The position numbers and the translations under genes are program-made. The notes under the pieces were generated by a model. That model worked only from the letters and a program-made list of their open reading frames with translations, did not search any database and had not been told where the DNA came from. From Candidatus Eiseniibacteriota bacterium (GTDB taxonomy: Bacteria; Eisenbacteria; RBG-16-71-46), in NCBI GenBank assembly GCA_963744995.1, contig CAVUWA010000005.1, forward strand, positions 352,001 to 416,000: a stretch of DNA of 64,000 nt, in the 5' to 3' direction. Below are positions 38,046 to 49,186 of the stretch, one piece after another (position 1 is the first letter of the stretch; each line of letters begins with the position of its first letter).

Positions 38046-39096
38046 TCAGTTTCGCGCCGGACTCGACTTCGAAGCACCACCCGGAAAGTCGATCACGACC
38101 AGATCCTCGCGTTTCCCGAGGATGCGGTTCGCGTAGATCTTCGTTCCGTCCGGGGAGAACGAGGGCCGCGAGTAGGACTCCGGATCGCCGCCGCCGTGCG
38201 TCACGCGGGTGAGATCGCTGCCATCGGGCCGGACGACGTAGATGTCGAAGTCGTAGAGGTCGGTGCCGCTGCGATCCACGAGCCCATGGCGGTCGGAGGC
38301 AAAGACGATCCACTCGCCCGTCGGCGACCACTGCGTGTAGCCGACGTAGTCGAGACTGTCCGTCAGCTGCGTCTCCTGTCCCGACGCCAGGTCGCGGACG
38401 AAGACGGCGCCGTGCGGGCGTTTCGGATCATGCGTCGCGTGCGAACGCGAGAATGCAACCTTCCTGCCGTCGGGCGAGAAGGAGCCGTAGAGGTCCCAAT
38501 GCGGCCAGTGCGTGATGCGCCGCACGTCCCGGTCGGCGAGGCGCATGACGTAGACCTCGAGGTTCCTCACCCCGCCCGGGCTCGTGGAGCCCGCATCGCG
38601 GTCGGAGTCGAACACGATGAACTTCTGATCGGGAGAATAGCGGGGACGCAGATCGTTGGCCGGATGATCGGTGAGGTTCGACGGGCGAGGTGCCGTCCGT
38701 GTTCATCTCCCAGATGTCGTAGTTCCCGGAGCGATCGCTCATGAACAGGATCTTTCGACCGTCGGGCGAGAACACCGGCATGTTGTCGTACGCCTCGTTG
38801 TCGGTCAGCTGGCGGACCGCGCCCGTGTCGAGGTCCATCACGTAGATCTCGAGGTTTCCGCTCCGGTCGGAAACGAAGGCGATCGACCGCCCGTCTGGCG
38901 ACGGGCGTGGGTAGGCATCGACCCGTTGGACGATCGGCTCGATGGCCGCGCGGGCGTCCTGCGGAACCACGGCAGCAGGAGTCGGCGCGTTCCCCTCGCC
39001 CGTGGCTGCGGCCGCCGGCGCGCCGGCGCCGGTGGCCACGGTCGTGGCGAAGGACAGGACCAGGACGAGAGCGAGAGACGCGGCGCGACGGATCAT
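38046..39096 (-). pseudogene. Secreted TolB-like PD40 propeller; one extra base near 38679 (or sequencing error)
   Basis: GGAGGTGG RBS; signal peptide; SPDG..F.SDR repeats continue across two frames. Confidence 0.8.
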
Positions 39097-39435
39097 CTTC
39101 CACCTCCCTGAATCATCGCGGTGGCCGGCGGGCCCGGGCAGGGCATGCGCCTGGGTGCAGCCTGGGGCAGACGGGCACGGTCGATGTTCAGGGCGCTTCA
39201 AATGTGTGCCGGGGCGGGCCACCGATTCACGCCCATGCGGGGGCGCCGTCCGCCATTTGCGCCACCCGGCGCACGATGTGGATCCACGCCGGAGCCCATT
39301 CGTCGCCCGCGCATCCATCCGGCCACCCGGTTCCGCCTTGAGACGACCCCGCGCGGGCACGTACCATTCTCATTCACCCATGCTCCCGTGGGCCGGCGTG
39401 CCACCCGCCCACGGGCCCCGCTCTCCGGAGGATTC

Positions 39436-42400
39436 TTGCGCGCTCTCGTGCCGCCCCTTCGCGCCCTCGGCGGCGCCTGCCTGCTCGCGTCCTTCGCGGT
39501 GGCGGCATCCGCGGGACCGCTGCCGGAATTCGACGCCGCCGCGACCGCCCGGCCGGCCGCCGCTGCGGTCGCGCGGACGCGGGCGGCGATCGTGCAGGCC
39601 TCGGTCCGCCGTGTCGGACGCGTCGAGAGCCTCGACCCCCGCTACGCGGTGCCCGCGTTCGTGTGGGCGAATCGGATCCCCCTGTCCGCCCACGCCGCTG
39701 CTGCAACCCACGTGCCCGCACGGGGCGCCGCCATCGATCGGGCCGCGCGCGCGCACCTGTCGAGCCTGGAGGAACTCTATCGCCTGGACCGGGGGGATCT
39801 CGCGAGCGCGACCCTGCGGGAGCTGCACGATACGGGCCGGGGCGCCATCATCGCATCGTACGGACAGGTCGTCGACAGCATCGAGGTGTTCCGCGACGCG
39901 TTCCACGTGTGCATGGACCGCAACCTGAACCTGGTCGCCGTCTCGGGCTACCTCCCTTCGCGCGCTTCGGCCCCGGCGGACGTCCGCGCGGCATTCGTGT
40001 TATCCGCCGCGCGCGCCGTGGCGCTCGCACTCCAGGACTTCGCCGGACTCGCAGCGCCGCCGGCGGACCTCGTCTCGACGGGTCCGTCTGCAGGGGGCTA
40101 CGAGGGGTTCTCCTCGCCCGCAGCCGTCCGCCGACAGGCCGATGGCCGCGCCGTCGAGGGCGACCTGCGCGCCCGCAAGGTGTGGTTTCACCTCGCCGAC
40201 GCGCTCGAGCCGGCGTACTACGTCGAGGTGGTCGGCGAGACGGCCGCATACGCCTACGTCATCTCGGCGCGCGACGGACGGCTGCTCTATCGCCACAGTC
40301 TCATGCAGGAGGCCGCATTTTCCTACCGGGTGTGGGCGCGCACGGCCGCGCCGGAGGTTCCGATGAACGGCCCTCAGGGAGACGCTGCATCACCCCATCC
40401 GACCGGCGTGCCGGACCTCTACGACGCACCGCTCGTGGGCCCCGATCTGGTGACGCTGCAGAACGGCCCGATCTCGACCAACGACCCGTGGCTGGCCCCG
40501 GGCGCCGTGCAGACCACCGGCAACAACGTCGACTCGTACCTCGACCTCGTCGCCCCCGACGGTTTCTCCACAGGCGACCTGCGTGCGGCGCCCTCCGGGC
40601 CGGGCGCGTTCGACTGGACCTACGACGTAAACCAGGACCCGGCCGCGGGCACGGCCCAGCAGGCGGCGTCCGTGACGACGCTCTTCTACGTGAACAACTA
40701 CCTGCACGACCTGTTCTACGATCACGGCTTCGACGAGGCGGCGGGCAATGCGCAGACCGACAACTTCGGCCGGGGCGGGATGGAAGGCGACCCGATCCAC
40801 GCGGAGGGCCAGGATTACGGCGGCACCAGCAACGCCAACATGACCACGCCCGCGGACGGCGCTTCGCCCCGCATGCAGATGTACGTCTATTCGGCACCGA
40901 AAGCCGCCAACCTGGTGATCCACGCGCCGGCCGAAATCGCGGGCACCTATGTAGCCGGCACCGCGGCGTTCGGGCCACAGAACTTCTCGTTGACCGGCGA
41001 GGTCGCCGCCGGGCAGGACGCCACGGCGCCCGTGGACGACGGTTGCACCGCGATCACGAGCGACGTCGCGGGCAAGATCGCGCTGCTCGATCTCGGCCCG
41101 TGCACGTTCGTCGCTCAGGCGCAGAATGCCGAGGCGGCAGGCGCGATCGGCGTGATCATCGTGAACAACGTTTCGGGTGGCACGCCCCCGAACCTGGGGG
41201 GCAGCGGGGCCGTGACGATCCCGGTGCTCTCGATCACGCAGGACCTCGGCGTCGCGATCCGCGCCCAGCTCGGCGCGGGGGTCAGCGTGACCCTGAGCCG
41301 GCCGGTTCAGCTGCGGCGCGAAGGCGCGATCGACGGGGACATCATCGCGCACGAGTGGGGCCACTACCTGAGCAACCGCCTCGTCGGCGACGCCAACGGA
41401 CTCACCACCAAACAGGCGCGCGGAATGGGCGAGGGCTGGAGCGACTTCGTCGCGCTGGTGATGACCGTCCGCGCGGGGGATGACCTGACGGGCTGTTATC
41501 CCATCGGCCCCTACGTGCTGAGCGGGAACCTGGTCGCTTCGAACGTCTACTACTACGGCCTTCGCCGCTATCCGTACTCGACCGACATGACGAAGGACCC
41601 GCTCACGTTCCGCCACATTTCCGCCGGAGAGGCGCTGCCATCCGGACCGCCCATCCACGGCGATCCGAGCGGATACAACAACGCCGAGGTCCACAATACG
41701 GGCGAGGTCTGGTGCTCCATGCTGTGGGAATGCTACGCGGCGCTGCTCGGAGACTCGGGCAGGCTGACGTTCGACGAAGCCCGCCAGCGCATGCTGGACT
41801 ACCTCGTTGCGGGCCTGCAACTCACGCCCAACGCGCCGACGTTCATCGAGGCGCGCGACGGGATCCTCGCGGCCGCGCTGGCAAACGATCCGGCGGACTT
41901 CGCGCTCATGACGCAGGCGTTCGCCCGGCGCGGTCTGGGGACCGGCGCCGTGGCCCCCGATCGCTACGACGTCACGAACTCGGGTGTCGTCGAGAGCTTC
42001 TCCGTCGGTGGCGACCTCGCCATCGTTTCGATGGCCCTGACCGATGAGCCGTACAGCTGTGATCACGACGGCTACCTCGACAACGGTGAGCGCGGCATGC
42101 TCGCGATCCAGGTCGCGAACACGGGCTGGACTTCGCTCGCCGCGACCTCCGTGTCCGTTTCGGCGTCGAGCGGGGCGGTGTCGTTCCCGGGCGGCAATGC
42201 ATTCGCCCTTCCGGCGACCGCGCCGTTCGAGGCGACCTCACTGGAGGTGCCCGTGGACCTGAGCGGGGCGGCGCCCGGCGAGGTGGTGAGCCTGACCGCC
42301 GACGTCGACGACCCCGGCCTGCTCGAACCCGGTCCGCGATCGCTCACGTACTTCGACGTCGTGCAGGTCGACGAGACCCCCTCCTACACGGACGACTTCG

Positions 42401-43269
42401 AGGTGCACGCACCCGACTGGACCGCCGACGGCGCCGTCGGAAGCGCGGGGACGCCCTGGAGCCGACAGCCGGAGTCGCCCGGAAACCATGCGATGCACGT
42501 CGACGACAGTGGTGTTGTCGCCGACTGGCGGCTGGTCACACCCCCGCTCGCGGCGAGCCCGACCGACCCGCTCGTATTCACGTTCCAGCACCGCTACTCG
42601 TTCGACTCCAGCAACGGCGTCGACTGGGACGGCGGGGTGCTGGAGCTCTCGACGGACGGCGGCGCGAACTGGGCCGACGTGGGGGCATCGGCCGTGCCCG
42701 GCTACACCGGCACATTGAACGCGATCATGGGCAATCCGCTCGGGGGACGACCGGCCTGGACAGCGGAAAGCCCGGGTTATCCGGCCCCAAGCCCGGTGAC
42801 CGTGGACCTCGGCACCACGTACGCCGGGCAGACGGTCCAGCTGCGGTTCCGCCTGGGCTCCGATCCGGGCGGCGCTGCGCCCGGCTGGTGGGTCGACCAG
42901 GTCGCGGTGTCGGGCGCAACGAGCCCGCCCTTCCTTGGCCTCGCCGGCGAAGCGGACGCCTGCGGACCGCTCGCGGTCGGCGACGACGCACCGGCTGCCG
43001 TGGCGCTGGCACTGGTGGGCGGCCAGCCGGCCCGTGGAACGGCGCACCTGCGCTTCGCGCTGCCCGATACGCGGCGCGTGCATCTGGCGATCTACGATCT
43101 GGCCGGCCGGCGCGTCGCGACACTCGCGGACGGCCGATACGGTGCGGGCTGGCATGACGCGCGATTCTCGCGTACGCGCGGCGGCGGCGCACCCGAGGCG
43201 GGGGTCTACTTCGCGCGCCTGCTGGTGGACGGCGAACAGCTCACCCGGCGCGTGATCATCGTCCGTTAG
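39436..43269 (+). CDS. M36 (fungalysin) metallopeptidase with PA insert and CTD
   Basis: GGAGG before TTG39436; GFDEAAGNAQ, HEWGH, GEGWSD, EVHNTGEVW; PA domain; FlgD-like C-terminus. Confidence 0.92.
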   Translation: MRALVPPLRALGGACLLASFAVAASAGPLPEFDAAATARPAAAAVARTRAAIVQASVRRVGRVESLDPRYAVPAFVWANRIPLSAHAAAATHVPARGAAIDRAARAHLSSLEELYRLDRGDLASATLRELHDTGRGAIIASYGQVVDSIEVFRDAFHVCMDRNLNLVAVSGYLPSRASAPADVRAAFVLSAARAVALALQDFAGLAAPPADLVSTGPSAGGYEGFSSPAAVRRQADGRAVEGDLRARKVWFHLADALEPAYYVEVVGETAAYAYVISARDGRLLYRHSLMQEAAFSYRVWARTAAPEVPMNGPQGDAASPHPTGVPDLYDAPLVGPDLVTLQNGPISTNDPWLAPGAVQTTGNNVDSYLDLVAPDGFSTGDLRAAPSGPGAFDWTYDVNQDPAAGTAQQAASVTTLFYVNNYLHDLFYDHGFDEAAGNAQTDNFGRGGMEGDPIHAEGQDYGGTSNANMTTPADGASPRMQMYVYSAPKAANLVIHAPAEIAGTYVAGTAAFGPQNFSLTGEVAAGQDATAPVDDGCTAITSDVAGKIALLDLGPCTFVAQAQNAEAAGAIGVIIVNNVSGGTPPNLGGSGAVTIPVLSITQDLGVAIRAQLGAGVSVTLSRPVQLRREGAIDGDIIAHEWGHYLSNRLVGDANGLTTKQARGMGEGWSDFVALVMTVRAGDDLTGCYPIGPYVLSGNLVASNVYYYGLRRYPYSTDMTKDPLTFRHISAGEALPSGPPIHGDPSGYNNAEVHNTGEVWCSMLWECYAALLGDSGRLTFDEARQRMLDYLVAGLQLTPNAPTFIEARDGILAAALANDPADFALMTQAFARRGLGTGAVAPDRYDVTNSGVVESFSVGGDLAIVSMALTDEPYSCDHDGYLDNGERGMLAIQVANTGWTSLAATSVSVSASSGAVSFPGGNAFALPATAPFEATSLEVPVDLSGAAPGEVVSLTADVDDPGLLEPGPRSLTYFDVVQVDETPSYTDDFEVHAPDWTADGAVGSAGTPWSRQPESPGNHAMHVDDSGVVADWRLVTPPLAASPTDPLVFTFQHRYSFDSSNGVDWDGGVLELSTDGGANWADVGASAVPGYTGTLNAIMGNPLGGRPAWTAESPGYPAPSPVTVDLGTTYAGQTVQLRFRLGSDPGGAAPGWWVDQVAVSGATSPPFLGLAGEADACGPLAVGDDAPAAVALALVGGQPARGTAHLRFALPDTRRVHLAIYDLAGRRVATLADGRYGAGWHDARFSRTRGGGAPEAGVYFARLLVDGEQLTRRVIIVR

Positions 43270-43435
43270 AGCGAGGTGAGCGGCGTCGCACCGGTTCGAC
43301 CTTCGTGCACGCGCCGCCGCAGCGAACCCCCGCCGGACGTGCGGGCCATCTGCTCCGACGACGCCCCGGCGTGCGCTCAGGGACAGGTAGCGCGTGGCGT
43401 GACGGCCCGCGTCAGGCCCCCCTATAGTGCGTCCC

Positions 43436-45640
43436 ATGCGCAGAAAGACGAAGAAGAACCTCCCTGGGACCGGGGCACGCGCGCCGTTGCCATCGCACGC
43501 CGCGCAGGACGAAGCTCACGCCGACGGTCCGCATCCGCGCCGCCTCGGGCGCTGGCTGGTCCTGCTCGTGCTGGGGCTTGCGACCTTCGCCGCGTTCTCG
43601 GGCGTCCTGTCGAACTCGTGGATCGCCCTCGACGACGGCTGGTACATCAGAGACAACCCGCACGTGAACACCGGCGTGACGATCGCCAACCTCCGGTGGT
43701 TCCTGCACGCGGTGCACGGCGGCAACTGGCACCCCGTCACCTCGTACTCCCACATGCTGGACGTCCAGCTGTTCGGGCTGAACCCGGGCGCCCACCATGC
43801 GGTCAGCCTCGCCATCCACTGCATCAACGTCCTTCTGCTCGCCTGGGTGCTCTATCGAATGACCGGCGCGTGGTGGCGCAGCGTACTGGCCGCCGCCCTG
43901 TTCGGTCTCCACCCGCTGCGGGTCGAGTCGGTCGCATGGGCCGCGGAACGCAAGGACGTGCTCAGCACGCTGTTCCTGCTCCTGACCCTCGACGCCTACC
44001 GGCGGTGGGTCCTGTCCCCGGGCCGTCTGCGGATGGCCGCCGTGATGGCGCTGCTGGCGCTCGGACTCATGTCCAAGCCCATGCTCGTCACCGTGCCGTT
44101 GCTGTTGCTGCTCCTGGACGTGTGGCCCATGGGGCGGCTGCAGGGCCTGCCGCGGAATTTTGCGCCGCACCCGGACTTCCACGGGTTGCCGCGGCGCACC
44201 GCATTCGTCCTGGTTCGAGAGAAGTGGCCGCTGTTTCTGCTCGTGGCCGCATCCGCCGTGGCGACCCTCTGGGCGCAGTCCGCGAGCCACGCCGTGATTT
44301 CGACCGCGGCCGCACCGGTGGGCAGCCGAATCGCCAACGCCGTGGTGAGTTGCTGGCGCTACATCGGCATGACGCTGTGGCCGGTCCACCTGATTCCGTT
44401 CTACCCGGATGCGCCGCTGGGGATCCCGCTCGTGATGGGGTGCGCAGCGGGGCTCCTGGCCGCCACGATTCTGGTGCTGGCAGGCTGGCGCAAGCGTCCG
44501 CACCTGGCGATCGGGTGGATCTGGTACCTCGTCGCCCTGCTTCCCGTGCTCGGCCTGATCCAGGTCGGCGGCCAGGCCTACGCGGACCGCTACACCTACA
44601 TTCCGACCATGGGTCTGATGATCGCCATCACCTGGATCCCACGGGGGAAATCTTTGTCGAGGGCTGCGTTCCTCGCAGCGGTTCCAGTCCTCGTCGTCCT
44701 CGGCATCCTCACGCACCGGCAGGTCGCGCGGTGGAAGGACACGAAAACGCTGTTCACGTATACCCTCCACATCAGTCCGCGCAACGCCATCGCCTACAAC
44801 TGCGTCGCCCTGGCGAAGCTCGATGAAGGCGACGAAGCGGGTGCGATCCACGACTTCAAGGCGGCCATCGCCGTCAACCCGGCCTACCGCGATCCGTACC
44901 GGAACCTGGGCCTGCTGTTCAACCGCCGTCACGCGTGCGAAGAGGCGCTGCGTTACTGCGAGGCGGGAATGAAGATCTACCCGGACGCCGGCCTGCTCGA
45001 GCAGGCCGCCCTGGCGAACCTGGGCCTGGGCAGGGTGGACGCCGCGGAACGACTGTTTCGCCGCTCGCTCGAGCAAGAGCCCGACAACCTGGTGGCCGTC
45101 CGCAACCTCGCGGTCGTGCGCAACATGCAGGGCCATCCCGAGGATGCCGTTGCGTTGCTGCGGCGCGTGGAACGGGCCGACCCGCGCGATCCGCACACGC
45201 CGTTCATCCTCGGCAAGGTCCTCTACCTGCAGGGGAAGCAGCCACAGCTCGCGCTCGAGCAGCTGAGACGCGCCGTCCAGCTGAACCCGGATTGGCCGGA
45301 GCCGCTGATCGTACTGTCGCAGGTTCTGGCCACGGATCCGGACTCGTCGCTGCGGGATCCTGCGGAGGCGGCCCGCCTGGCCACGCGCGCGGTGGAGCTC
45401 ACCGCGGGTGGCAACGTTGACGCACTTAACACACAGGCGCTCGCCATGGCCGCCCTCGGTCGTTACGACGCGGCGGCTTCCGCCACACGTTCGGCGCTCG
45501 AGCTCGCGAAGCAAAGCGGGCCGGACTCGCTCGCGGCTGCACTCCTGCAGCGACTCACGACCTACGAGGCCCGGGCGCGGACGAGCGACCGCCGGAACCC
45601 GCAAGCCCGTTCACCGGGAGCTCCTGATGAACAGCGGTGA
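43436..45640 (+). CDS. TMTC-like GT-C membrane protein with C-terminal TPRs
   Basis: LDD loop, WHPVT, HPLRVESVAW, ERKDVL, ADRYTY; TPR tail. Confidence 0.85.
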   Translation: MRRKTKKNLPGTGARAPLPSHAAQDEAHADGPHPRRLGRWLVLLVLGLATFAAFSGVLSNSWIALDDGWYIRDNPHVNTGVTIANLRWFLHAVHGGNWHPVTSYSHMLDVQLFGLNPGAHHAVSLAIHCINVLLLAWVLYRMTGAWWRSVLAAALFGLHPLRVESVAWAAERKDVLSTLFLLLTLDAYRRWVLSPGRLRMAAVMALLALGLMSKPMLVTVPLLLLLLDVWPMGRLQGLPRNFAPHPDFHGLPRRTAFVLVREKWPLFLLVAASAVATLWAQSASHAVISTAAAPVGSRIANAVVSCWRYIGMTLWPVHLIPFYPDAPLGIPLVMGCAAGLLAATILVLAGWRKRPHLAIGWIWYLVALLPVLGLIQVGGQAYADRYTYIPTMGLMIAITWIPRGKSLSRAAFLAAVPVLVVLGILTHRQVARWKDTKTLFTYTLHISPRNAIAYNCVALAKLDEGDEAGAIHDFKAAIAVNPAYRDPYRNLGLLFNRRHACEEALRYCEAGMKIYPDAGLLEQAALANLGLGRVDAAERLFRRSLEQEPDNLVAVRNLAVVRNMQGHPEDAVALLRRVERADPRDPHTPFILGKVLYLQGKQPQLALEQLRRAVQLNPDWPEPLIVLSQVLATDPDSSLRDPAEAARLATRAVELTAGGNVDALNTQALAMAALGRYDAAASATRSALELAKQSGPDSLAAALLQRLTTYEARARTSDRRNPQARSPGAPDEQR

Positions 45641-46366
45641 GCTCAGCCACCCCCAGCGCGCGAGACGGAACGTCAGCGCCGTGACGAGGCAGCCGAGGCC
45701 GTATTTCACCGATCGCGGGAAGTTGATCGACGACGCCTCGGAGAAATAGCGGGTCGGGCACGAGATTTCGGCGATGATCTCACCGCGCCACAGCGTCTCG
45801 GCCAGCACCTGATTGTCGAACACGAAGTCGTCCGAGTTGTAATCGAGGGGCAGCGCGCGCAGCAGCGACGCACTGAACGCGCGGTAGCCCGTGTGGAACT
45901 CCGAAAGTTTCGATCCCATGAGCACGTTGCCGGCCAGCGTGAGCGCCCGGTTCGACACGTAGCGCCACCAGGGCATGCCCCCCCTGCGGGCATGACCGCC
46001 GAGGATCCGCGAGCCGAGCACGCACGAATAGAGACCGCTGGCGATCAGGCTCGCCATCGCCGGGATCAGGCGCGGGGTGTACTGGTAGTCCGGGTGCACC
46101 ATGATCACGATGTCCGCGCCCTCCTCGAGGGCCAGCCGGTACGCGGTTTTCTGGTTGGCGCCGTAGCCGCGGTTGCGCTCATGGATTTCGAGGCGGGTCT
46201 TCGGGAGCGTGCGGGCGATGCGTGCGGTTTCGTCGGAGCTCGCGTCGTCCACCACGATCACGAGGTCGACGACGCCCTGCGCCAGCACTTCGGCGTGCGT
46301 CCGCTCCAACGTCCGGGCCGAGTTGTACGCGGGCATGATGACGACGATCTTCCGGTCGAGCAGCAT
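45611..46366 (-). CDS. GT2 glycosyltransferase (polyprenol-phosphate sugar synthase-like)
   Basis: MPAYN, VDDASSD, NRGYG, HPDYQY, HTGYRAF. Confidence 0.9.
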   Translation of the reverse strand: MLLDRKIVVIMPAYNSARTLERTHAEVLAQGVVDLVIVVDDASSDETARIARTLPKTRLEIHERNRGYGANQKTAYRLALEEGADIVIMVHPDYQYTPRLIPAMASLIASGLYSCVLGSRILGGHARRGGMPWWRYVSNRALTLAGNVLMGSKLSEFHTGYRAFSASLLRALPLDYNSDDFVFDNQVLAETLWRGEIIAEISCPTRYFSEASSINFPRSVKYGLGCLVTALTFRLARWGWLSSPLFIRSSR

Positions 46367-46603
46367 GGCGGTCGGGCCTGAACGGGTGGCAGGTGAGGAC
46401 GCAGGCGCGCCACTGGGCCCGAAGGGCCCCGGGGCGCCGCATCGCATGGGGTCGCCGGAGCTGGCGGTCGACCCAGGGCTTCAGGATAGCCGGAGGCATC
46501 TTCCGACTGCCAGCGCACCGGGATCCGAACGCGCCATGGAACCGAGTCGGCGCCGGGCGCGCCTCGCCACGCGCACGCTGCCCGGGTGGTACGCTTGAAG
46601 GCC

Positions 46604-49098
46604 ATGAACTCCGCCTCCCACCTTCGGCCGCGCGGCGCACGCCCGGGGCGAGGCGCCCGCTGCGGCGCCACGCCGGCGCCCATCGCCGTGGCTCTCTGCC
46701 TTGCTCCTCTCCTGGCGCTGACGGCGCTCGTGGTGCTGCCCTCGACCGCGGCGGCCCTGGGGGTGCACCTGTTCCATGACAGCCCCAGGCCCGACCAGTG
46801 GGAGTCGAGCTGGGGCTACGCGGCCTCGGGCAGCCAGCTCGAGCTGGTCGACGTCAGCCACTTCCCGGTGGACACGATGCGTGCCTTCATCGGTGCGAAC
46901 GCGCTGCGGCTCCACTGGACCTCGGCGGCGGGCGGGGACTGGATGCTCACCGCCGCGACCCGGAGCTGGATTCCCTTCGACACCACGCCGCTCGATTCCA
47001 TCGTCTTCGCGGCGTGGAGCGACCAGGCGATCGCCGGTGAAGACCTGCCCGACTTCCTGCTCGAGGACGCGAACAACACACGCACGCCGCGCCACCCCCT
47101 GTCGAACTACGTCGCAGGCATTCCGGCCGCGACCTGGACGCGGGTCAGCGTTCCGCTTTCGGTGTTTCGCGCCAACCCCGGCGGCGCCGACCTCACGCGC
47201 CTGAACAAGGTGTTCTTCGCGCAGGGACCGTCCAACGCGCCCGGCAGCTCGCACACGATGCTCGTGGACGAGATCCGCTTCGTCTCCGCCGGCCTCGTGA
47301 CGCCGGCGGCGCCCGTCGTTTCGATGCGCGCGTTCGAGCGCCACGCCGAAGTGCGCTGGGACCCCGAGGCGAACCCGGATGCCGAAACGATGCGCATCGA
47401 GCACCTGGTCGGCGGCAACTGGCTGTCGCTGGGCGACGCGCCCGCGGCGGACGGCGCCTTCGTGGACTGGCTCGGCGCCGGCGGTGGATCGGAAACCTGC
47501 CGTGCCGTCGCGCTCGGCTGGAACTTCGATGCGTCTCCCGCGAGCGCGTCCGCCGCAGCGACTACTCACGAGATGACCGACGACGAATGGTTCGACATGG
47601 CCGAGGAGGCCGCTTTCCGCTACTTCTTTCATGGCGCGCATCCGACGTACGGCCTCGCGCGCGACCGCTACACCGGCGGCGACCTGATCTCGACCGGCGG
47701 CACCGGCATGGGTCTGATGGCGCTGGTGGCGGGTGCCGCGCGCGGCTACGCGCCGCGTGCGCGTCTCGCCGCGCGCGTCCGGCAGATCCTCGAGTTCTAC
47801 GCCACCATCGCTACGCCGTATCACGGCGCGTTCTCGCACTACCTGAACGGCACGACGGGGGCTTCCGTCTCGGCGGACTCGGACGGCCTGATGCGCGGCG
47901 ACATCGTCGAGACGTCCTATCTCATCCAGGGTGCGCTCACCGCCCGCCGGTATTTCGACGGCACGGTGCCCGACGAGGTCGCGATCCGCTCGCTCGCCGA
48001 CCAGCTCTGGCAGGGCGTGGACTGGAACGCCTACCGGATGACGCCGGATGCGATCTACTGGCTGTGGGGGCCCACCGCCGGGTGGACCCTGAGCTTCCCG
48101 GTCGCGGGCTGGAACGAGTGCATGATCGTCTACCTGCTCGCGATCGCCTCGCCGACCCATCCGGTGCCCGCGAGCTGCTGGTATCAGGGCTGGTCGCGCT
48201 ACGGCGCGATGGTGAACGGCAACAGCTACTACGGCTACACCCTGCCGCTCGGCTCCGCCTATGGGGGACCGCTGTTCTTCGCCCACTACTCGTTCATGGG
48301 ATTCGATCCCCGCGGCAGGCGCGACCCGTACGCCAATTACGTCGAGCAGAACCGCAATCACACGCTCATCAATCGCGCCTACTGCGCCGCGAATCCCAAC
48401 CAGCGCGCGGGTTTCAGCGCGGACATCTGGGGGCTCACCGCCTGCGACGGCCCCTCTTCCTACGTGGTCAACTCGCCCTGGAACGAGGAGGGCACGCTCG
48501 CGCCCACGGCCTCGCTGTCGTCCACACCCTGGACCCCACAGGAGTCGCTCGACGCGCTGCGCGCCATGTACCGGCTCTACGGCCGGTGGCTCTACGGCCC
48601 GTTCGGCTTCCGCGACGCGTTCAACCCGGGGCTGCAATGGTTCGACCCCGACTACATCGCGATCGACGAAGGGCCGATCGCGGTGATGATCGAGAACTTC
48701 CGCAGCCGGCTCGTCTGGAACCTGTTCATGTCGAACCCCGAGATCCAGCCGGCGCTCGATGCGATCGGCTTCGTCGAGGACGCGACGGTGGACGTCGCCC
48801 CCGATGCACCGCGCGCCGTGGCGGCGCTCGGGCCGCCCGTGTGCCGCCCCAACCCGTGCCGCGGCGCCGCCGAGCTCGCGTTCGAGCTGCCGGCCGCGGG
48901 GCACGTGCGGCTCACGCTGCTCGACGTGCAGGGCCGCGAGGTGGCGCGTCTGGTGGACGGCGAACGCGCCGCAGGCCGTCACGCGGCGCACTGGGACGGC
49001 CGCGACGCCACGGTGCACCGGTCGCGCCGGGAATCTACCTCGCACGACTCTCGGCGGCCGGGTCCTCGGCCGTCGCCAGGGTGCTGGTGCTCAGATAG
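46604..49098 (+). CDS. Secreted GH144-like (glucoamylase-like, beta-1,2-glucanase family) hydrolase with CTD; 1-nt deletion near 49010
   Basis: TGGTGMG, GDIVETS, GWNE, GGPLFFAHYS, WGLTA, YGPFGFRDAF, YIAIDEGP; CTD end 'GIYLARL..RVLVLR*' lies in the shifted frame. Confidence 0.85.
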
Positions 49099-49186
49099 GC
49101 GCGACCGTCGTCACCGCAGGCGGCAAAAACATGGGTCGGGCCGCACCCCCGGGGTGATAGAATTGCGGTTCCTCCTGGAGGAACCG

